Source: Flavobacteriales bacterium (GTDB lineage: Bacteria; Bacteroidota; Bacteroidia; CAIKAF01). From it: DNA of 42,843 nucleotides. Location: the NCBI GenBank assembly GCA_044345355.1, contig JBIJBG010000002.1, positions 1 through 42,843 on the forward strand, read 5' to 3'. The notes under the pieces were generated by a model. That model did no database searches. It saw nothing but the letters and a program-made list of their open reading frames with translations, and was not told the origin of the DNA. Positions 26,935 to 35,100 of the stretch are shown piece after piece (within the stretch, counting starts at the first letter, position 1; each line of letters starts with the position of its first letter). Both the position numbers and the translations under genes were made by a program.

Positions 26935-28461
26935 ATGCGGCCAAAAAAAGCAGTAATCATTGGAAGCGGTCTCGGCGGTTTAGGCGTAGGCGTCATGCTG
27001 GCCAGGCAGGGTTATCAGGTTACCTTACTCGAAAAGAACCGGCAGCCGGGCGGTGCCCTGCAAATCTTTTCCAGAGATAAAGCAATCATTGACACGGGAG
27101 TGCACTATTTGGGAAGCATGGGCCACGATGAGCTTATCGGAACCTATTTCCGCTACTGGGGCATCGGAGAAAAACTGAAGCCGGAAAAACTGGATGAAGC
27201 CTGTTTCGATTTAGTTTCAATCCCTTCCGGCGATTTTCCCTTTGCACAGGGCTTTGATCGTTTTGCCCAGACATTGGCAGAATACTTTCCGCATGAAAAA
27301 GACAATCTGGTGCGCTATGTGCGTGCACTGAAAGAGATAACCGGTCACTTCCCGGTATGCCGCATGGAGCCCGGCCTCGTGAACCCGGCAGAAAATAAAT
27401 GGCTGCAGATCAGCGCCAAGTCATGGATTGAATCTTTGGTGACAGATCCTCTTTTGCGCCATGTTTTGGCCGGCAACCACATGCTCTATGAAGGAAGGCC
27501 GGAATCTACTCCGGCTTATGTGCATGCCATGACCACCGCATCCTATATACAAAGTGCCTGGCGCCTGCCCTCCGGAGGCGGGCAGATAGCCCGCTTTCTG
27601 GTAGATGAATTAAAAAAATGCGGAGGCGAATTTCTCAACTACAAAGAAGTGATTTCCCTGAAAGGAAAAAACGGGCTGCTGCAAACCGCGCAAACAGCCG
27701 ACGGAGATACCTTTGAAGCCGATATATTTGTGGGGGGGATTCATCCGGTTTTGCTGTATGATATGCTGGAAGATGGCCTTGTTCGAAGCAGTTATAAAAA
27801 CAGGCTAAAAGCCCTCCCGAATAGCTTAGGCACCTTTACCACCCATTGTATCCTTAAACCGGGGATGGTCCCCTACCAAAACCACAACCTGTATGGATAC
27901 GTTACCGATGATGTATGGCAGGCCGCCTCTTACACCCAAAAAAACTGGCCCCTTTCCTTCTCCGCCTTTTATTCAAAAAAATCGGACGAAACCCATGCGG
28001 AATGTATCAACCTGATGACGCTGATGCGATTTGATGAGGTGGATAAATGGGGAGGCACGTTCCGCACTTACCCGCATTTTTCAGATTCACGCGGTGAAGA
28101 CTATGAGATTTGGAAGCAAAATAAAATGACCCGGATACTGGATCTGGCAGAAGAAAAAATCCCTGGGCTGAAAGAGGGAATTCAAGCGGTATATGCCTCT
28201 ACCCCGCTCAGTTACCGGGATTATCTGGGCTCTCCGAACGGGAGCATGTACGGCATACTGAAGGATGTGCGTAACCCCTATGCCTCCATATTTTCGCCCC
28301 GTACCAAAGTTTCCAACTTGTTTCTGACAGGCCAGAACCTGAATCTGCACGGCATTGCGGGGGTAACCATTTCTGCAGTAGTTACGGCAGGCGAAATAAT
28401 TGGACATGAACGCCTGATGGCCGATGTGCGCAAAGAAATGGGATTACCCGTTTTCTGCTAA
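26935..28461 (+). CDS. NAD(P)/FAD-dependent oxidoreductase, phytoene-desaturase-like (COG1233 type)
   Basis: The N-terminal Rossmann motif VIIGSGLGGLGVGVMLARQGYQVTLLEKN and a C-terminal LFLTGQ...HGIAGV block are typical of CrtI-like enzymes. It starts 4 nt after the preceding stop. Confidence 0.75.
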   Translation: MRPKKAVIIGSGLGGLGVGVMLARQGYQVTLLEKNRQPGGALQIFSRDKAIIDTGVHYLGSMGHDELIGTYFRYWGIGEKLKPEKLDEACFDLVSIPSGDFPFAQGFDRFAQTLAEYFPHEKDNLVRYVRALKEITGHFPVCRMEPGLVNPAENKWLQISAKSWIESLVTDPLLRHVLAGNHMLYEGRPESTPAYVHAMTTASYIQSAWRLPSGGGQIARFLVDELKKCGGEFLNYKEVISLKGKNGLLQTAQTADGDTFEADIFVGGIHPVLLYDMLEDGLVRSSYKNRLKALPNSLGTFTTHCILKPGMVPYQNHNLYGYVTDDVWQAASYTQKNWPLSFSAFYSKKSDETHAECINLMTLMRFDEVDKWGGTFRTYPHFSDSRGEDYEIWKQNKMTRILDLAEEKIPGLKEGIQAVYASTPLSYRDYLGSPNGSMYGILKDVRNPYASIFSPRTKVSNLFLTGQNLNLHGIAGVTISAVVTAGEIIGHERLMADVRKEMGLPVFC

Positions 28462-29079
28462 ATATTCCCTGTACCGGGCGGAAGATATAAACTCTGCTCC
28501 CATTCGCTCCAAATGTTCGGAATAAACCTGACAATCGATGAGGGTGTAAGAAAACCGGGTGCATACATGTATCAGGGCCGCCTTGGATGCGTTGGGCACT
28601 GCCGAAAACATACTTTCTCCGCAAAATACGCGGCCCGTCTTTACTCCGTAAAGCCCTCCCACCAAATCCCCGTTAACATACGTTTCTACGCTGTGGGCCA
28701 TTCCGAGCTGATGCAGCCGGATGTAGGCTTCCTTCATGTCGGAGGTAATCCAGGTGCCCTGCTGACCCGCGCGGGGTATTTTTGAACAGGCTTCAATCAC
28801 CCGTTCGAAAGCGGTGTCGGTGGTTACGGTTACTTCGGGCTTCTTCATAAACTGCCGCATGCTCCGGGTGATCTTTATCTTCTCGGGGAAAAGAACAAAC
28901 CGCTCATGCGGTGCGTACCATAAAATAGGCTGCCCTTCCGAATACCAGGGAAAAATACCCTGACGGTAAGCCGATATAAGACGCTCCGGACGCAAATCCC
29001 CACCTATGGCGAGCAGGCCGTCCTCTTCGGCCAATTCCGGATCGGGAAAAACTAACTCATCAGTAAGGGCAAAAATCAT
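28444..29079 (-). CDS. aat: Leucyl/phenylalanyl-tRNA--protein transferase
   Basis: It aligns along its length with E. coli Aat: GLLAIGGDLRPERLISAYRQGIFPWY, TRSMRQF, GTWITSDMKEAYIRLHQLGMAHSVE, LVGGLYGV..GRVFCGESMFS..NASK, LIDCQ. The start was moved to ATG 29079. The 3' end overlaps the convergent oxidoreductase gene by 18 nt. Confidence 0.9.
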   Translation of the reverse strand: MIFALTDELVFPDPELAEEDGLLAIGGDLRPERLISAYRQGIFPWYSEGQPILWYAPHERFVLFPEKIKITRSMRQFMKKPEVTVTTDTAFERVIEACSKIPRAGQQGTWITSDMKEAYIRLHQLGMAHSVETYVNGDLVGGLYGVKTGRVFCGESMFSAVPNASKAALIHVCTRFSYTLIDCQVYSEHLERMGAEFISSARYREYLAENG

Positions 29080-29432
29080 GTGGCAAAGTAACGGGTAAAA
29101 AGGTGACAGGCAGCAGGCAGAAGGGTTGTTCAAATGGTCGGCTGTTTGTTGGTTATTATTGTTTGCCAGAAAATTGTAAAAAAGCAAAACGACGTAGGGA
29201 TGCCAATGAACAATCCAACGCAAAACCATCTTTAATCCTTTTTTCTTAATCTTTCATCCGCACAAAAGCCCGACGAAAAAATCAGGGCAGGTCAGTTGCC
29301 ACCCAATAAATCAGGTCCCGGCTCGCTCGGAATAACCGAATTTTAAGCCGGCCAATCGGGTCATGCCGGGAAATATGATACATAACCCGCAAGGAAGCAG
29401 AGCCGAAATTTGACCGCCCCCCCGCGCGGGAA

Positions 29433-29466
29433 AATAAAAAAGCCGCATTCCAAAAAGAATACGGCT
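29433..29466 (-). terminator. Rho-independent terminator downstream of icd
   Basis: The minus-strand RNA reads AAGCCGUAUUC-UUUUUG-GAAUGCGGCUU followed by UUUUUAUUUU. This is an 11-bp stem including one G-U pair, ~22 nt after the icd stop. Confidence 0.75.
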
Positions 29467-29488
29467 TAAAGTGGTGGACGTTTCCCGG

Positions 29489-30718
29489 TTATTTTGCCAG
29501 GGCTGCCTTCAGGTTTATATCAAGCGCTTCTAAAAATTCTTCGGTGTATAAATAATGTTCGCCGTGGTTTACTTTGTTCCCGTGGATACAAACCGCCAAA
29601 TCTTTGGTCATTTTTCCGCTTTCTACGGTTTCCACGCATACACGCTCCAAAGTCTGACAGAAATTTATCAGTTCCTGATTACCGTCTAATTTACCGCGGA
29701 ATTCCAAACCACGGGTCCATGCAAAAATAGAAGCAATGGGGTTGGTGGATGTGGGTTTTCCTTTCTGATGGTCGCGGTAGTGACGGGTAACGGTTCCGTG
29801 TGCAGCTTCGGCCTCCATTACTTTTCCGTCAGGAGTAACCAGCGTGGAGGTCATCAGACCCAATGAACCAAAACCTTGGGCAACGGTGTCGGACTGAACG
29901 TCGCCGTCGTAGTTTTTACAGGCCCAAACAAAGTTTCCGTTCCATTTGAGGGCAGAAGCCACCATATCATCAATGAGGCGGTGCTCATACACGATGCCGG
30001 CAGCCTCAAAGCGAGCTTTGTAATCCTGCTCAAAAATTTCCTGAAAAATATCTTTGAATCGTCCGTCGTATTTTTTGAGGATGGTGTTTTTGGTGGACAA
30101 ATAAAGCGGCCATCCTTTGCTCAGTGCCTGATTGAAGCAGGAATGCGCAAAACCGCGGATACTTTCGTCGGTGTTGTACATGGTAAGGGCTACGCCGTCG
30201 CCTTTGAAGTTGTACACTTCAAATTCCTGCACGGTTCCGTCTTCGCCTTCGAATTTTACGGTCAGTTTTCCTTTTCCTTTGGTAACGAAATCGGTGGCAC
30301 GGTACTGATCGCCGAAGGCATGACGTCCTATACAGATAGGTGCGGTCCAGTTAGGCACCAGGCGCGGTACATTGCTGCACACGATGGGTTCGCGGAAAAC
30401 GGTTCCGTCCAGAATGTTACGGATGGTTCCGTTGGGTGATTTCCACATCTGTTTGAGGCCAAATTCCTGCACGCGGGCTTCATCGGGTGTGATGGTGGCG
30501 CACTTGATTCCCACTCCGTACTGTTTGATGGCGTTGGCGGCATCGATGGTAACCTGATCGTTGGTTTCGTCGCGGTATTCCATGCCCAGATCGTAGTATT
30601 TGATATCCAGATCGAGATAAGGAAGAATCAATTTGTCTTTGATAAATTTCCAGATGATGCGGGTCATTTCGTCGCCGTCGAGTTCTACTACGGGATTGGC
30701 TACCTTAATTTTACTCAT
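29489..30718 (-). CDS. icd: NADP-dependent isocitrate dehydrogenase, eukaryote-like (subfamily II) homodimeric type
   Basis: [23 protein letters not shown]..., [37 protein letters not shown] and HGTVTRHY blocks are characteristic of the IDH1/IDH2-like class. 409 aa. Confidence 0.92.
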   Translation of the reverse strand: MSKIKVANPVVELDGDEMTRIIWKFIKDKLILPYLDLDIKYYDLGMEYRDETNDQVTIDAANAIKQYGVGIKCATITPDEARVQEFGLKQMWKSPNGTIRNILDGTVFREPIVCSNVPRLVPNWTAPICIGRHAFGDQYRATDFVTKGKGKLTVKFEGEDGTVQEFEVYNFKGDGVALTMYNTDESIRGFAHSCFNQALSKGWPLYLSTKNTILKKYDGRFKDIFQEIFEQDYKARFEAAGIVYEHRLIDDMVASALKWNGNFVWACKNYDGDVQSDTVAQGFGSLGLMTSTLVTPDGKVMEAEAAHGTVTRHYRDHQKGKPTSTNPIASIFAWTRGLEFRGKLDGNQELINFCQTLERVCVETVESGKMTKDLAVCIHGNKVNHGEHYLYTEEFLEALDINLKAALAK

Positions 30719-30814
30719 GATTCGGATGTATTTAGATGCGTGATTTTACAATGGATGCAAAAGTAACCAAAACGGCGAAAAAACTCCGAACCGGAGCGAA
30801 TAATCTGCGGCAAC

Positions 30815-30907
30815 GATTGAAGCGGAAAGCCCGGAGCCCCGCCTTTCCCGATAGTTATCGGGGATGGCGGGGCGAGGATTTGCAGCGGAAAGCGTGTCTG
30901 CCGCCCC
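30815..30907. repeat. GC-rich intergenic element: two ~62-nt-spaced direct repeats flanking a compound hairpin
   Basis: GATTGAAGCGGAAAGC at 30815-30830 and GATTTGCAGCGGAAAGC at 30877-30893. Hairpin CCCCGCC 30837-43 / GGCGGGG 30866-72 encloses CCCGATA 30847-53 / TATCGGG 30856-62. It lies in the divergent icd-purK spacer. Confidence 0.5.
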
Positions 30908-30955
30908 TAAAAAAAATCGGGTACAAAAAATACCCCGCTTGATTACCTTTGTGCC

Positions 30956-32092
30956 ATGAGTGCACTGAACCGACGCATAGGCATTTTGGGCGGAGGCCAA
31001 CTGGGCCGCATGTTTCTGCAGGAAAGCTATAATTACAACGCACGGGTTTCCATTTTAGACCCGGCGGCAGATGCACCCTGCGCCGATATTGCCCCGCGTT
31101 TTGTTCAGGGCAGCTTTACCGATTACGGGACGGTGCTGGACTTTGGCCGAACCTGCGACATCGTGACCATTGAATTTGAACATGTAAATACGGAAGCTCT
31201 TCGCCAACTGGAACAAGAAGGCAAAAAAGTATATCCACAGCCCCATATATTGGAACTGATTAAAGACAAAGGCGCGCAAAAAGCGTTTTACACCGAACAC
31301 GGAATCCCCACGGGACCTTATTTTTTGGCGGAAAATGCGGAGGAAGTAAGGCAAAAAATCACGCAATTTCCGGTGTTCCAAAAGCTGCGCAAAGGCGGAT
31401 ACGACGGCTACGGGGTGAAACCCCTTCGCGTGGCGGCAGATTTGGATTCGGCCTTTGATGAACCGAGTCTGGTGGAAGAGTTTGTGGATTTTGAAAAAGA
31501 ACTTTCGGTCATCGTGGCCCGCAACGAAAAGGGGGAAACGGCGGTGTATCCGGCGGTGGAAATGGTGTTTCATCCGGTGGCCAATATGGTGGAGTTTTTG
31601 GCTTCACCGGCCCAAATCAGCCCCGAAACCGAGAAGAAAGCCCGGGAAATTGCCCGCCAGGTCATAGAAGCACTGGGCATGGTAGGTATTTTGGCGGTGG
31701 AAATGTTTCTGACCAAAACGGGAGAAATCTGGGTGAACGAGGTGGCACCCCGGCCCCACAACAGCGGCCACCAGACCATTGAAGGGAATTACTGTTCACA
31801 ATATGACATGCATTTCCGCAGCATCATGAATCTTCCGTTGGGTTGTACGGATATCGTGCAGCCTTCGGTTATGGTGAACCTGCTGGGCGACCCTGCCCAC
31901 AGCGGACCGGCGGTATATGAAGGACTGGAAGACGTGATGCGTATTCAGGGAGTTTATGTGCACCTGTACGGAAAAACCCATACAAAACCCTACCGCAAAA
32001 TGGGTCACGTGACTATATTAGATGCGGATGCAGCGCGAGCTTTGGAAAAAGCCCGCAAAGTGAAAAACACTTTGCGGGTAATCTCCCTGTAA
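30956..32092 (+). CDS. purK: 5-(carboxyamino)imidazole ribonucleotide synthase (N5-CAIR synthetase)
   Basis: N-terminal IGILGGGQLGRM, an ATP-grasp core (FPVFQKLRKGGYDGYGV, ELSVIVAR), PRPHNSGH and a C-terminal YGK...PYRKMGHVT. Confidence 0.9.
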   Translation: MSALNRRIGILGGGQLGRMFLQESYNYNARVSILDPAADAPCADIAPRFVQGSFTDYGTVLDFGRTCDIVTIEFEHVNTEALRQLEQEGKKVYPQPHILELIKDKGAQKAFYTEHGIPTGPYFLAENAEEVRQKITQFPVFQKLRKGGYDGYGVKPLRVAADLDSAFDEPSLVEEFVDFEKELSVIVARNEKGETAVYPAVEMVFHPVANMVEFLASPAQISPETEKKAREIARQVIEALGMVGILAVEMFLTKTGEIWVNEVAPRPHNSGHQTIEGNYCSQYDMHFRSIMNLPLGCTDIVQPSVMVNLLGDPAHSGPAVYEGLEDVMRIQGVYVHLYGKTHTKPYRKMGHVTILDADAARALEKARKVKNTLRVISL

Positions 32093-32105
32093 GATATTAT
32101 TATGA

Positions 32106-32129
32106 AACACAAAAAGTACTTTTTGTGTT
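32106..32129. terminator. Perfect 24-nt palindrome acting as a probable bidirectional terminator between convergent purK and the giant T9SS gene
   Basis: AACACAAAAAGT|ACTTTTTGTGTT is perfectly self-complementary. It lies 14 nt after the purK stop and overlaps the stop codon (32128-32130) of the minus-strand gene. It is followed by attctttt on the plus strand. Confidence 0.5.
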
Positions 32130-35100
32130 ATTCTTTTACAAAAAGTACCGAACGAACCGAACCTCCTTCGTTTGTTCTTATGATATACATTCCTGCGTCG
32201 CCGGTGAATTGAATAGCCAACCTTCCCGAAGCATCGGCCCGGAATTTAGCCAAAACGGTACCCCTTAAGTCGATAAGTTCCCATTCTGCGCCCGCCCGAC
32301 TGCCCGAAAGCCAGGCAATACCCTTGTTGGGATTGGGATACAATATCGGTTGAATTCCTCCCGCTTCACATTCTCCTCCCAAATGCACCGAAGGATGGGC
32401 TTCTGAATCTCCGTTGTAATCATACTGATGCAGACGGAAATATCTGCCCCGCGATTCACGGAATTCTTCCAACGTGTAGGTATAATCTGTCAGCTGATTG
32501 CTGTTTCCGTTACCCTCTATGCGGGCGGCCTTTTCCCAGGTAATCAGATCGGCCGACTGCTCCAGATCAAAATGGCTGTTGTTGATTTCGGAGGCGGTGG
32601 TCCATTCAAATCGGGGCATTCCCTCCTCACAGGTTACATCAAAACTGATCAATTTGACAGGCAGGGGACTGACCCCGCTGCCGCCGATGGCGAAAGGTGA
32701 GAAGGTACCCGTATATCCGTAAAAGGGAAGCGTTTTTATTGAATCAAGCACAACGGCTGTCTGGTTAATCGTGGTAACCGCGGGCAACTGCCACCCGGAA
32801 CCGGCCTCATAGTGATTCAGAAAATAACCTGACATGGCAGCCGATTGCTGGAGCATTCTCCAACCGAATTCAAAATCCACACCTCCCGTGTTTGCCGGAT
32901 TGGTCTTATCAATATCCCAGGTACGTTGCACATGGGGAGTCTGAATGGGCGAACCCGACGTTCCGTTCTCGAGTACCTCATCGAAAACACGCACCGAAAA
33001 CACGTCGGAATCCACATTCTTATTGGTGATTGTTACGGGATTATACGAACTTCTGCCCACCGCAAAAGTGAATAAGCCGCTGCTGCCGGGAATATTTGCT
33101 TTTAAGCGGCCCGTACCGGCCGTTTTTACATAATTCAGCGAATCGGCTCCCACGATCTGGGATACCGTGAGATTGAAGTTGCCGAGATTTATCTTCTTGG
33201 AACCAAAATTAAAGGTAAGCGTACCCACCGTTCTGTCCATGTCCAACACAGGTTCGTTCGCGGCATCGGCACTCACATCCATCGCCCGACCGGCATCTGC
33301 CGCGATGCCTGCGCACCAGTTGCCGGAATTCGTCCAGGAGCTGTTTACGGCTCCCGTCCACTGGCATATATTGGTACCGTACAGCTCCACCGCGCCCACC
33401 GAACTGGTGGCACTTCCGCAGGCCCCGTTACTTACGTTTACCCTGAATTTGGTATTGGTGGTTATGTTCTGATAGGAATATGCGGGCTGGGTTGCCGAAG
33501 AAATATTGTTCCAGGTTGTCCCGCCGTCCGTGGAACGCTGCCACTGGTAAGTGGCACCCGTGGAACCCGTGAGCTGGAGCACACCGGAATTATTGACCCC
33601 GCAGTGGTAATTGGTACTTACGGTACCGCCCGTGGGTGCTCCCCCGGCGACCACATTAACCGGGTACCAGCCCGTAAGTTTCGCCGCCGTAGAACAGGTG
33701 GCACTTCCCACCTGACAGCGGAAATAGTAAGTACCGGCGGATGTCAGTAAATTACTCAGTGATGCGGATGTTGATGCTATATCCGTAATGGTAGAGGTTG
33801 TATCTGTGGCCCGCTGCCACTTTTGCACCGAACCGGTGTATCCGCCCAGAGTAAGCTGGGCGTTGCTGTTGGCGCATACCTGGTTGCTGTTGGCTGTAAC
33901 CACTCCCGCATTGATTTCGGTAACCGCAACCGACTGAGAATTGGTGGCCAACGTACAGGCTCCGTTCACCATTATGGCACGGTAATACGCCGTGGTGCTC
34001 AGATTGCTTAATCCGAGAGAGTCAGTGGTGTTGCTTATGGTTTGTATATTTCCCGTAATCAAAAAATTATCGGGGGAACTTTCCCAGCGGGCCACACTGC
34101 CGGATGACCCATTTAACGTGAGCGTGGCATTGTCTCCCGAACACACTGTGGTGCCTCCGCTGATGTTTCCGGACGTAGATCCCAGAACTAAAACACTGCG
34201 GGAGTAATCCAAGGTGCCTGTGGGATTATCGCCCGGCATATCGCCATACTCAATGATACAGGCACGCCCGTTGTTCGGAAAATCATTCCATTTACCCGAG
34301 TTGGCCCATAAATGCCCGTAATCTTCCTGACCGGGAGTTCCAGTACTCCATACATCGTTGGGCTCATTATTGGCATATTGCCCGCCCAGATTCCAGTTCT
34401 GATACACCCCGGAAACACCACTCCCCGGTTTCTCGGCCGTGGAGGCATTCCCCGTGCGTATCTGAACCCCTTTTTCAGGCCCCGTAATCCAGTGCCAACG
34501 CCCCTCGGCATTACTCTGGCTGGAGTATTTCGTGTATCCCACGGCTCCGTTTATCTGTCCCGCGTTATCCGAACAGCCGATCCACGTATCGTGATTGATT
34601 AATGAAGATACGAAAGCATTCTCCGCAGCGGAACTGATGGTAACCAGATATCCCTGACGACCGAAAAATGTTTTAGAGGCCGCAAAAGCCTTGGCCGAAG
34701 TCCAAGACTGTACTGTCGGGTAATACTCGTAGTAATGTCCGTTGAAGTAATTGTAAAAATTCGTACTGGCCGAAAAAGTAATGCGGCGCGTTTCGGGATT
34801 GCACGTTACCGCCGAAGTTTTCAGCCTTACCGTGCGCAATAAAGCCTGCCAGTCAGCCGTACCGGCCGAACCCGTAAATACCAGGCTGCGGCTGGTGGTA
34901 TTAAAGGGAGCTGCCGTCACTCCTGACGGAAGAGCCCCCGTGTAATCCAATATATCTCCCGAGGTGTAGTTTTCCGTGATGGATACCGAAAAACCGGAGA
35001 TGGTTCCGTTTCCCGTGACGGTCAGTGCGCCGTCTACCACGGTAGCCACATTATTCGTTACGGAAAGCTGGGTTCCGGTACCGCTTATGCTCATGGTGGT

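Noticed and set aside
29300-29410. SRP (4.5S) RNA-like strings: CAGGTCCCGG and GCAAGGAAGCAGAGCC resemble the conserved helix 8 sequence CAGGUCCGGAAGGAAGCAGCC.
   Set aside because: The two halves are ~80 nt apart instead of being joined by a GGAA tetraloop. No complementary closing helix is evident. I also saw no RNase P (GAAAGTCC) or tmRNA signatures in this spacer.
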